Shown here: piece after piece, positions 1 through 12,400 of the stretch
Layout: the number at the start of each line of letters is the position of its first letter
How positions within the stretch are numbered: the first letter of the stretch is position 1
Origin: Mizuhopecten yessoensis
Lineage: Eukaryota
Reading direction: 5' to 3'
Length of the DNA: 64,000 nt
NCBI RefSeq assembly: GCF_002113885.1
Contig: NW_018404492.1
Span: 5,200,258-5,264,257, forward strand
Translations under genes and position numbers: made by a program
The notes under the pieces: generated by a model
Seen by the model: the letters and a program-made list of their open reading frames with translations, nothing else
Told to the model about the DNA's origin: nothing
Database searches by the model: none

Positions 1-162
1 TTTTGTTGACCTTTGTCCATGGAAGGTCCCTGCAAAATTTCATTGAAATTGGTTCAGGGGTTTTGGAGAAGAAGTCGAAAATGTAAATTGTTTACGGACG
101 CACGACGCACGACGGACGATCGCAATAGGTCACTTGAGACTTTGTCTCAGGTGACCTAAAAA
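1..162 (+). mobile_element. 3' end of a Helentron-associated (HINE/pearl-like) element
   Basis: GACG microsatellite followed by the terminal hairpin AGGTCACTTGAGAC-TTT-GTCTCAGGTGACCT and an A-run. Confidence 0.7.
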
Positions 163-348
163 CCCATGTCATTTGATAAATAACAAAATTATTACAAATT
201 ACTCACAAAACAAAAAGGTGTTGTGAATAATCAACAGGATATCTGATTGTGTATGACAGTAAACCAAATCTAGACTGAGGTAGATCATTTCTATCATCAA
301 TGGCTCCATAAACACCACTTGTTGGTCAATGGACAATTAAAAAACCTC

Positions 349-923
349 AAAGGACTATGTTTGGTTTGGGCCTTTTTTGGCCCCCAAATCAATCAAAATT
401 AAAAAATTGCAATAGAACTTTCAAACAAATGTTTCTTTAATTTTGAATACGTCCCCTGTACTATTATGTAAACATTTATTTGTGTTTTCAATTTTGGCTG
501 CCATGGTAACCAGGTCATATTTGCATAAATTATTGAAATTTGATTATTCAGTCAATTTTGACAGGTTTTCCTCTTAGCTTCCGTAGAGCGCAATCTTGAA
601 CAAACTTTATATTTCTCCTAAAGATGTATTACAGGTGCCTACACATTATCCTTTGATATTAAGTTTGTTCAAGCATGCACTCTTATAGTTTCTAGGAGAA
701 AAACTATGCAAAATATCACAATATTCACTGAATATTTTTTTTCTTTCTAATTTATGCAAATTTGAACTTGTTACCATGGCAACAATAATAAGAAATATAA
801 ATAAATATTTTCATAATAGAGGTATTCAAAATTAAAGAAACAGTCATTTCAAAGTTCATTTAAAGGTTTTGAATTTTGATGCATTTGCAGGCCAAAAGAG
901 TCCCAAACCATACATAGTCCTTT
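349..923. mobile_element. Foldback MITE with long imperfect TIRs
   Basis: AAAGGACTATGTTTGGTTTGGG ... CCCAAACCATACATAGTCCTTT, with inverted similarity extending roughly 190 bp inward. Confidence 0.7.
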
Positions 924-3048
924 CTTTCCAAAGTGTTCATGTCATAAGTAAATATCAAATGGATGCCTTACTAAATTAGTTCAATATTTATTGTCATGAT
1001 TCAGATATTATTTTAAAGATTTAATGTGCATGAAATGCATGATAGGATAGATTTTCATAAACTGTGTTTAGAAATTACAATCAACATTTAACAAAGTCAG
1101 ATTTAGTCCTTCAATGAACTAACATTGTAGCCATCTATTTTTCCACATGATGCTAAGAGGTTTTTTTAAATCATCCATTTTTTCCACAAGATCAACAAAT
1201 TGTATATGTATCTGATTGTGTCAACATTTTTAAATATTTTTTTATCAAAAGAAATATAAATGTTCTATGATTATAAATGAACTTATTGTAAAGAATTACG
1301 TAAGTATGTGGTCCAAGGGTAACCTTAAAATGATTGTTTCAATTGAATCCTTTTGTGTTACATTACCCATACAGCACATGTGCTGTTCAACTCTAAAAGT
1401 ACTTGATTGTGATATCAAACATGATACATAGACCACCTTTTACAAGAAACATAACTATGTGCATTAGATTACCTCCAATAAACCCTGATTTTATTATACA
1501 ATGATTAACAAACTTATGACAGCCATTACAAGCAATGACCTGTTGCCTGAGTATACCTTTAATGGTGATGAAATTCTGATAATCTGATATTTATAAAGAG
1601 TACTGCGAAAGCGTAACATAATATACCCATCATACATGGAATGAGCAGTTGTCTGTATGGTTGTACATTGAGGATCATTAGTCCGTAAATTACGGTCCAA
1701 ATATCAAGTGCACACTGTTTTGGCAAACAAATAAAGGGCCATAACTCTGTAAATCATGGTCCAATAATTGCGGTAATCAAATTTGTCTGAGTCATCATGG
1801 CAATAAACCTTCCTATGAAGTTTAATGTTAATTAAAAACTACTCGAGATATTGACCGGACACCGTTCGCACCCGCCTGCCCACCCACATGCTCATGTGAT
1901 AATGAAATATGTTCCGTTATACGACAGGCTTATAAAAATTAGATTATTGTTTGAGTATGCATATGCCAACAATTTTGAACATTGTAGTACCACAGATCTT
2001 GACCTTTGTTTTCACTTACTTACATCCTTTTGGTTTCCGAAACAGCTGACTTACATAAATGCCAAAAGGGAAACAGGTTCCAACATTTATCTATGTATAC
2101 ATGTATAATCCTTTAGGTGTTAATCATGTTTTAACAATGGAAAAGTAACTTTTTACATGATAGTTTATGGACAACTGCATGTTTAACTGAATATGAGAAC
2201 ATTTTGTAAATATTGGTCGACATTGGAATCCGGGAGATTTTGGGTAGAATCCTTGATGGTAAAAGTACACATATATAATGAATGTATATATGCTTCATCT
2301 TGTAAACAAATAAAAGGAAACATAATTATAATCTCTTCAGTCAAACAATAGTGATTAGTATAAGTTCATAAAACTTGTTTCATAACTGTTGTAAAAACTT
2401 AAATGAAAAATAAACCAAAGCTCTCAGTCCAGACAAACACCTTTTACATACCTGTACTGAAAGTCCAACATATCAAATTTTAGCCAAGAAAAAAAAACCA
2501 GGCTGGATCACTCCGAGATATCAAGAAGTTCCTTAAAACTACACCAGTATAGTGCGAGCCTTGATCAGCTCTCGGCTACATGATTGGTGCGTCTGGATCA
2601 TTTCCCAACTACACCACAAGTAGTAGTAGTATGGGTTTGAACCAGGTTTTTCATATTCCTGATTTGCAAAAATTAATAAAACATAACTGTATTGCACCAA
2701 TTCATCAAATAAAAATATATATACTAAACCAATTCGATTGTTCGCAGATTGATTACAATAATGAAAAGATTTGAGAAATATTGATTGAAGACTCACAACT
2801 TTTTTAGTGTTATCCTCTTCAAGATATGATGTATAAATTAATTCCTAATTTGTTCAAACTCTTTAAAAATCAATGAAAGTTGACTGCTACCCAAATGCAC
2901 TAGTTTATAATCAATTTAACTCACATCATAATGTATGGTACTCTTTAGTTAGCACTTAATATCATAAACAAAGAAAAGGTAACACTGAGTATACAACAAG
3001 CACACTTTGTCTTTTCTCTGTAAAACTGTACGCGAGATCAAATACAAC

Positions 3049-3630
3049 AAACAAAGTGGCCCAAGAGTGTAAACAACTCACCTGGCTATTTTGGAAGTGA
3101 AGCTTTCATTCTATGTTGAAATCTTCTGAGCAATTTGGTAGTAGATACCCCAGGAACTTTTCATCCTTTTATTTGTATAACAATTGATCTCTATGAGTTA
3201 AGGATGTTACCAAGACAATTTAATAGAAGCCTGCCAAATAGTTTGAGAAGATGAGTTATTCAAAGTAAATAAACTAAAATGACTACTTTTGACGTTCTCT
3301 CAGCCTTCAAGAGGTGCAGCCCCTTTATTTGTATAAATTTTGATCCCCATGAGCTACAGATAGTACCGTCACAATGTTATTGGAACCTGCATCCACAGTA
3401 GTTTTCGAGATGTTTACAAATAAACCAAACAAGACTTCTTTTGACCCCACCCTTCACCCCTAAGAAATAGGGGTGAAGGAATAAGTAATATTATGACTTT
3501 TTATTTCTGAATTTGGCTGACAACTGGCAAATTATTATATTATTTAATGGTTATGTTGACAGACAACAGATGAAGCACCACAGCGCAGGTTTATTATAAG
3601 CTTATTTTGGTACAACCAGTTGTAGTCATG
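3049..3630 (+). mobile_element. Old degenerate HINE-like copy
   Basis: ACAAAGTGGCCCAAGAG..CTCACCTG start, two decayed internal repeats, GTTGACAGACAAC remnant. Confidence 0.5.
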
Positions 3631-4964
3631 AGCCTAGACATGACTTAACTTAAAGCATCGTAAACTGAATATAGAAAAATTCCATGAGAAATCAGTAAGC
3701 TAAATAACATACACCAAGAATAAATTAAGGTATATGCGTGAACAAATATAAACAGGATCAAAGTAATGATTGCTGTAAGCATTAAGTTAGAACATTACGA
3801 GGTGATTGAACAAATACATATTGTAACATACACTAAGTGAAGCAACATCAAGTGGTTCTTCTAGTTTTTTCTCCTACAGCAGTCTCGTTGATCTAGCCAC
3901 TACTAATTTGTTTGTCCCACTAACCCAACCAATATTTTAAGAGACAGATTGACTTTGTTTCTATACAAAAATATCCCTGTAATCAAGCTGTCTCACAGCT
4001 ACACTAATGTACTTTTGCTGCAAATGGGGTCCTTAGAGCCACGATCATAAGCCAACTGACAAAATTTAACAAGTATTCATTGGCAGAAAGAAATGGGATC
4101 CCAAGAATCACTATCATACATAGGCCAGTGACATAACATAATTATATAGCATGAAAGAGCATGGTCCAAATATCAGTATTACACTGAGCGACAGCCATAA
4201 CATATTTATATGATGCAAAAACATGGATTCTTTAAACATTCCAATTTGTTTCTTCAATTATCACAACATATAATGAGTATGCAGTTTATTTTTACTGATT
4301 TAAGAAGAGGAAGAAGCAAAGTTGTTCCAAGACATATCTTTGTAAATTGTTCAAAGAGAGAACAATGGAGTCCATATGAGTTCTATAAAGTCGATTGGTA
4401 TGCCTCATATATGACTTTGTAGACTCCAAAATCATTTAATTTGTATGCAAGTACTGATTAAAACTCTTTATGCATAAATCATGTTGTGTTTAAGTCCTTT
4501 ACGTAATTGCTGTTCTCATTCATCATATACATCATTACATGCATATCATCCCATACAATAATAACACAACATGATTGTCATTCAATCTGTCATTCAGTGT
4601 AAGATAATGGCACTTATTAGCGTATACAGTGGCTCTCCCACGGTCCGACCCCCTTTTTTACACACTATATAAATATGTTATTGTCATTGCTTGGTATATG
4701 ATATTAGAAACCTGGTAAAAAAAAAGCTTATTCTTTCAAATGTTGCACTGTATGATTCCGGATTCAAATAGACAAATATAAGGTGTACGTTTTATCATAG
4801 AAATTAACTTTTTCTGTAATACAAAGCTTTATTACAAATCGTTTTAGATATTCCTTTAAACCGTAAAATTGCTCATATATTAAAAGATATTCCTATTTAT
4901 ATAATAAAACAAAGCAAACAAAATACCTAGCTTTAGGGATTTTTTTTCGAGTATCATACAATTC

Positions 4965-5143
4965 AACTTGTAACAATCAGTAGAAGACTGGAAGTCATTT
5001 GACTTATAGATGTCTTCTCAAAACTTGTAACAATCAGTGGAAGACTGGAAGTCATTTGACTTATAGATGTCTTCTCAAAACTTGTAACAATCAGTGGAAG
5101 ACTGGGAGTCATTTGACTTATAGATGTCTTCTCTAAACTTGTA
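4965..5143. repeat. 57-bp tandem repeat, 3 copies
   Basis: AACTTGTAACAATCAGT(A/G)GAAGACTGG.. at 4965, 5022 and 5079. Confidence 0.9.
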
Positions 5144-5428
5144 CATCACTGTATTATTGTGTACCTCAATAAGTTATTTTAAACATAGGAATCATAATCC
5201 AGTAATTGAATGTGTTGTATAAGTACCTGGTATGTACAATTCCGATAACCTAATGTCCAGCACTAGAACACTTTCTGTCAGGACTAGAGACAATTTTCAG
5301 TATTTAATCTAAAAGTATGTCCGGTCCAACTAGTATATTTTGTCAGATTCTATCTGAATGCCAATACTCCTAACATGAAATTGAACACCTCTGATTGTGT
5401 CTCAGGAAATACGAAGTACTTATCCTGT

Positions 5429-5617
5429 ATTCCGTCTTTGCTTATTGCAGAGTTATCTTCTCTTGTGAACAGGTATTGATTGTTACGTCATTTGTTTGTA
5501 AGAGTAACGTCATCAACTTTTGAGAAAACGACATATTTTGTTCACACAAACCAATGATGTAACAATCAATACCTGCTCACAAGAGAAGATAACTCTGCAA
5601 AAACGCAAAGACGGAAT
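5429..5617. mobile_element. Foldback MITE; a half copy lies at 21737-21858
   Basis: ATTCCGTCTTTGC..GAGTTATCTTCTCTTGTG ... CACAAGAGAAGATAACTC..GCAAAGACGGAAT. Confidence 0.75.
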
Positions 5618-5768
5618 TGGGGACCATAAAATTGATTATTGAAAAAATAACAAAATTAGTACCAAAATACATAAGCAACTTTACAAGTATCACAAGGTAT
5701 CAAATATTAAAGATTTGTAGCACTAACTTGTATAAGGGCTTCATCTGTGAACAATTAAAAGAAATGTA

Positions 5769-8700
5769 TTATTTGGATGCATACATGTATTCTGAAAACA
5801 TGAGACCTGTAGCCGAGATCGAGTCACCTAAACCAACAGTTTTTTGTGGATCTTTGCATACCAATACGGGACTAAGTGAAAATTCAAATCCATCAGTCTC
5901 CCATGATATAACAGGTTTTTTTGGATCAAACTCTCTATCAATATCATCAGAAAATGCTTTAAATTTTTTTGGAATTTTTAAATCTACAATGGAAGAATTA
6001 AGCTGCTGAACATCACATGCTTGTTTTCCTGCCATTCTTGACCCGGCAGCCACAGCTGCAGCAGAGTTTGTCCACGCTCCTTTAACATTTCCAATGATAT
6101 GGTATGCAAGACAGTGAAAGTGGACTCTGGTCAGTCTTGATTCTGGGTTACGAGAAGACTGACCATATTGTTGAAGCAACCACATAACCATGTCGCTAGC
6201 CTTGTAGATCTCTGGAGGACCAGCCTGATGGTGGAAATCTGAGCTATGAGGGCCGTTCCCAGCCAGGGAGGCAAATGCAAGTTCCTGTTCATTTAACCCG
6301 AGGGACGAAACTTTTGAAATAACCTGAAAAATAGAAAAGTATCAAACTTAAGAACGCACTCAACAATCAAGGGGAGATAAATGTACTAGTTTTTGAAGAA
6401 TAATTAAATTTAATTTGAATTCCAACAGCATTATTCACAAATATACTTCACAGAAATATGAACACTTGTATTAATAAATTAAAAGACTAATACCTTTGTG
6501 AGTATCGGCTTTACAAAATCTTCATTCGCCATACTTGCCAGTTCTAAATGTACTGGCAATGATTTTGGAATCTTATTTAAACCATCACAGACCACCTGAA
6601 TTCTTCTAATGAAGAAATCTTTTGATTGTCCTTCTAAGATGTGAAGTCCCGATATAAGTACGAGATCTGTTTTAGAGGTGTCAAGAGATTCAAAGTAGGT
6701 TTCCAGCATTGTTGCTTGTGAGTTAGATTCGTCGTAGCTTGTAATGAAGCGATTGGCGACTGGGCTCTGTACATCTCCCCAGGTCTCACCAACACCATAC
6801 TCCATTATCAAATGTACTTCATCTGTGGAAATGTGGCTGGCTGTTGGAATGTTCAAAGATTTTGGCAGCATCTCTAATAGCTTTGGTCCAACTGGTCCAA
6901 TAAAATTTATCTGTAATATTCAAGAATGCTCGTGTAACATCAGTGCTAATAAAAAGAAAAGATATTGCACCAAAAAACTAATAAAAAGAAAAGATATTGC
7001 ACCAAAAAACTAATAAAAAGAAAAGATATTGCACCAAAAAACACTGATCATTTTGTTTATTATTTTTATTTACAGGTACAAAACCTTGTTATTACAAACA
7101 TATATACATACCTTCACTTCTGGAAACTGTTCTGATATTTTACTTGCCATAAGTGCTGCATTGCCTCCAATATAATACTGAAATGCAAAAGTGAATTTGA
7201 GCACTTATAATGACAAAATCATTCTATACTATACAGCGATTACACTGTAACAGTAATTGGAAATGACAATTTTACAAAATAAGTTTCATTTAGACAGTGC
7301 TGCACTGTATATATATAAACTAAATATTTGTACTTTAAAATGTAATACCTGAGCATTTTCCAGTGTATTTCCAGTAGAAACGATCTTTTGAAATATGTCT
7401 TTATCCAGGAAAGCTCTTTCTGCAGCTGATCCTTTGGCAAAGAAATGTGCAAAGGTGTCTTGAAGGTCATCAAGATTTTTTAAAACATCTTTGTTTTCTC
7501 TCCTTCCTGAGGGCACTCGAAGAGCTTTTAGAAGACCCACACCTGGTACAATCAGGTCGACATTGGAATTAATTCTGAAAGACAAGATTATGTAAATAAT
7601 ATGTGTTAATACCAAAGAATCAATGATGACTTCTGAACTATAGTGCAACAATTTAAGAAGTGGTAAATAAAAATATATAAAGGCCAGGCAAGGATTTTAA
7701 CCTAGGACTTCTGAGATTTAGATGAAAATGATCATTGATTTTGATACCTAGTCACCAGTCCAAATCTGCTACAACTGTTACATATATGTATTAGATTCAG
7801 ATAAATGTCAGATCAGCTGACTACACCCATATAGTAGACCAAAATATCTTACTGACTTCAGAGTTCAACTTTCTTGCTACACGTGAAGCTCAAGTGTTTT
7901 TATAACAAGAAACCAAAAATTTCATGATCCAAAGTTATGGACTTGTAATTAAAAAATGACTTTCACAAATTCTTGATCGGGCAGAGATTGTCCTCCATAG
8001 GGTCTTTTGCACAAAAATTAGGACACTAATGTTAATGTTTCCCCCCTTCTTTGCAAAACTCGATTTTTGGCAACCAGGTAGTTGAAATGGTAGAGACTCT
8101 GTCTAAGGTTTGAAGGGTAGTTGGTTTGAGCCCCTGTCTGGCCGTGCATTTTTCCACTCCTTCAACACTTCAGACAGTACACAATAACCAGGTTGGGGAA
8201 AACCACCAACTTGCGTATATATGCAAACTCGCCTATTATACGCCAGATGGAGTATGGATTTGTTACAAAAATAACCCAAATAGCTTTAACAGTAACTTTT
8301 GCAAGATATTATTAAAAATCGCATTAATTTACGACAAGGTGAATAATATATTGCTAAAAGATGTTTATTGAAAGTGTTGGCTACTTAGAAAGTTGATGTA
8401 ACTTTACCGGAATTATTGCATCTATTTTTGGTACTTTCCCACACGCAAATAATGTTTATTTTTGCATTTGTATTATGTTTCATGAATAAATGCGACTTGG
8501 ACAAAAAAAATGAAAAAGTTAAGATTAAAGTGATTTTGGCTATTTTTAGTAACAAATCCATACCCCTATTGCCGTATTATATGCAAGTTAGTGGTTTTCC
8601 CCGACCTGATGACAAGATTTATAATTCAATATCTCTGCCGCTGTGCCAATAAGAGTTTGAAAACGACCAATTAATAACTTTAAAGAACTTTTTATCACAC

Positions 8701-9124
8701 CTGACCAGAGTAGATTTAGTCAACTTAGTCCGAAATAACTGACTATTACAGTATTACTCATTACTATAAGGATTTCCTTTTTTTTTATGGAAATCGTTAA
8801 TTCGGTACCGGTCTCGAAAAGGTAAAAGCAAAATGTCCAGAATGATGATATTGTCTAGTTCGTGGTCTTTTGTCGTTTAAACATGAATTTAAAACATTCA
8901 TATGTGTGAATTGTCAACAGTTATGCGATAACAATACAGGCACACACTAACCCGACGTGTAATCGCTGAAATGTCACCGGTGGTGAAACAACGTGTTTTT
9001 TCCATGCATTGATGATGTCTTCTTCTATTTGCTCTTGATCTACATCCTTTGCTGTATACCAGGTATTGTATACCCACGCCAAACCTATTGCACATATTCC
9101 TACATATAATGTTTTGTAAAACAT
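5769..9124 (-). CDS. ADPGK: ADP-dependent glucokinase, 5 coding exons, 478 aa
   Basis: Exons 9124-8952, 7574-7349, 7177-7112, 6910-6494 and 6323-5769 are all GT-AG with consistent phases (1437 nt). N-terminal hydrophobic anchor MFYKTLYVGICAIGLAWVY. Family motifs GINSNVDL, IGGNAALM, DEVHLIMEY, HLELASM, SLGLNEQEL, RVHFHCL, TVGLGDSIS. Confidence 0.96.
6946..7042. repeat. 32-bp tandem repeat, 3 copies, in an ADPGK intron
   Basis: CTAATAAAAAGAAAAGATATTGCACCAAAAAA. Confidence 0.9.
8189..8608 (+). mobile_element. MITE with CAGGT(C/T)GGGGAAAACCAC TIRs in ADPGK intron 1
   Basis: TIRs at both ends; inverted homologous copy at 61719-62145. Confidence 0.8.
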
Positions 9125-9463
9125 TACTAGAACTGTATGCAAACGAAACTACATCCAACAACTTCAACTCTCCAATCACGTCCTGCCAACTAGTGCCCTG
9201 GAACACCCAATATAATTTTGACGGAAACCCTTCCACGCTATTCATAAATAAATATAGTTCAACAATCGCGCATAATTAAATGATGTTGAGATGCAATATT
9301 TCATTCGGTAATATGATATTTTCTTCATACTAATATGTTACTGACTTTATGTTACATTTTGAAAACTTATAAATGCCCAGTATCAATTGTTTCAAATAGT
9401 TAAGCGTTTCCGGTAAGGAACTATATATCACTACACCAAGGTCAAGGATAGTGCTCGAGAAGC
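9125..9463. promoter_or_regulatory. Probable bidirectional promoter and 5' UTRs between ADPGK and MTX1
   Basis: The divergent ATGs are only 339 bp apart. ETS-like TTCCGG at about 9408. Confidence 0.7.
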
Positions 9464-12400
9464 ATGGCAGACGACGTTTTGGAGGTGGATATTTGGGAAG
9501 GTGATTGGGAACTTCCCTCCGTGGATTCAGACTGTTTGACTGTCTTGGTATATTGTTAACGCTTTTATTGACATTTCTCATATGTAAAATTATTGCATTG
9601 AAAACTATAGCTTTCCGTTAAATCTTAAATATGCGATCCCTGTACTTCAATAATCCGTAGGTCGGCAAAAGAAATCAGGTCAAAAAACTTATAGACTAAT
9701 AATATAACTACTACTAAGCTTTAGGGATACTAGCTTGAATTTTTGAAGTCTGGACGCTGGCAGAAAATGTCTAGATTCAGAGAAATATTGCTGAAATGCT
9801 ACGAAGGAAGAATTCTGGTCGTTTTCATATGTGCTGGACACACTAAGTGACTAAATACAATATAATGAAATGTAGTTACTGGCACCAGAGACGTGTAAAG
9901 CCAGTAGTATAAACGTCTCTGCTGGCACACATCGATTCATATTATTCAATAGTGTCCATCAATTACCTGTAGTCGTTTCTTTACTTGGTGCATTTTCTTT
10001 ATGAACCAAAGTTTTGGTATTCATTCATACCAGTTGCATCATTATTAATTCGTCTATGCGCGAAATTCAACTTCAGTAACAAAGATAAAAATGTTCATCT
10101 GGAAAATCATGAACCTTAAGAAAATTTGTTCTTCTTTAAATTACTTATCAATGGTAACGGGTTCTTTCACCCTAAATCCCTTTCACGCAAAGGGTTGTTT
10201 CGCCCTAAATCCTGATTGCCCAAGGTTGTTTCGTCGTAATTTTTAAAATTTTATACGCTTATATAATTAATTATTTAAATAAATTAACTTAACTTATTGA
10301 TAAAATTTCTATATTGGTGTTTGGTATATTTCATGTAGAAAAATGTGCATCTCTGTGAGTGCAGAGTCGGCTTTAAACAGCTGCTGTTTGTCGCACTTGC
10401 TTAAAAACAATAGACAATTTTTTTTCAAATTTATTTTAATGATATGGAAGACTAGGAAGACTTAAAACTACTAAAATTGAAAGGAAATACCAAACAATGC
10501 TTCGTCCTAAATTTCCTTGTTTTAGGGTGAAACAACCTAGCTCAAAACAACTTAGGGTGAACAGGATTTCGAGCGAAACAACAGGAACCCGTATCAATAC
10601 ACCAGGGTTGCAATGACCTGTAGGCAGAGCTAAAAAGTGCTTTGTTTCTGAGTTTTGTGACAGATGAATAACAATATGTCTTGAATAGTATGTCCTTCTT
10701 TTATGTGTCCACTAATTAAGTTATTTAACGTATCCTAAAATATATATCAATCAACCTTATTTTATGAAGAACTAGCAATGCAAACTAGCAATAGCTATAT
10801 AGTCAGCATTTGAGTTTTGGTCAGGCATGTCTGTACCCCTCGATATGCATGCCTAATATTCCTGAGGTCAGCTTAGGTCTGAGCCTCTCATTTCTTTTCA
10901 AGTTCAGCTTGTTGAAACAGTTTAACCGGATACGCAAAAGGGGCCCAGTATGATATACAATGTAAATTAGCAATTTTAGCTGAATCATGATACTGTTACA
11001 TGTTTTTGTATGATATATGCCAGCTCAAGACCAACCATTGTTAACTTCCTTAGGCCTTATTCCCTACATGTGGATTTGTATCACAGTTAATAAACTATTT
11101 GTCTTCTAGGCATTTTCAAAGTTTTGTGGAGTCCCATGTAGAGCGGTGAAAAGAAATAATCCAGTATGGACACCATCAGGTAATTTTATCAAGCTGGCAA
11201 AAAGGTGTTGGTCAATTTTTGTGTTAACCACAATTCCTGACTTTGATAGGCAGTTTCAACTTGCATCATTGTTGACCTAAGTTTAGACTGTATATATTAC
11301 ACACGTCATACATAACTCAACAGATGAGTAATATGCATTACAATCTTGCTGCAATTTCATTTGTCCAACCTTTTAAAGTACACAATTAATATTAATATAT
11401 GCTTTTTGTGTTTAGCAATGCAGATGAGTATAGTGTTGTTAAGTTTAATAGCACAATTAATATGTTGGCATGTGAATGTGATTGAAATGCAAACATTTTT
11501 TTCTGTCATTTATTGGCATCCCTGTCAAACTTCAGCACAGCCTTTACCCCTTATAAAAATTACTATGTTATACTATAGCTAGTTTGACTCATGGCTATAA
11601 AGGCAGGCATATAAAACTGGGACTTATCAAGTTAATAAGGGCTAGATTATTCATAGTTTGATAAATATTAACTATTGTACTTCTCACCTTGAATGATTGC
11701 ATATCATTTCCATCATTTTAAACATAAGTTTTCAAGACAACATTTTAAAATTGAGGAAGTTCCCACATATTTCATGTTGTCAAGAATTGCTGTGCGACTA
11801 TCATTTTTTTCTTTCAGGCACATTACCTGTTTTAAGGGCAGATGGAAAGTCTGTGTCAAAGATGTCAGAGATGTTAGAAATTATCAAAAAAAGGGTAAGA
11901 TTTATAATTACCGGTAGTAATATTTGAAAAATCTTTTTTTGGCATTAAAATGTTACTCATTATTGTTTTTCTTTTATTAGGATTTTATTTGTTTATCTAT
12001 TCAAATTGTTGTTTAAAAGAGAAGTGATGCCTTTGTTAAATCATCAATAGTCAAAATAAATTGGAAAAACCTGGTGTATGCATATACCGGTATCATTATC
12101 AGTGAACCATCTCTATTTTCTTCATGATTTTTTTTACTAACACAACAAATATTCTGAAATTTTAATAAACCAGCTTTTAAGAAATTAAGAGGATCATTTG
12201 ATGAATAGGTATGTGATATTATTGTAATGTTGATTTCTTACTCTATTGAATTTTAAGAGTCCAACTGGAGTGACACCCCAGGTGGGTCCAAATAATGCTG
12301 ATGTCAAGGCTTTCTCCTCCTTAATGGAGCAAAAGCTTTTACCTGCAGTAGTAAGTATACATTACCAAGATGATGGAAAGTTTCTAACAAAATAAGATGA

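Noticed and set aside
5617-7013. Plus-strand ORFs of 130 and 89 aa
   Set aside because: Antisense shadows of ADPGK exons. Likewise 22877-23413 is antisense to the retrotransposon and 60892-61423 is antisense to the arrestin exon.
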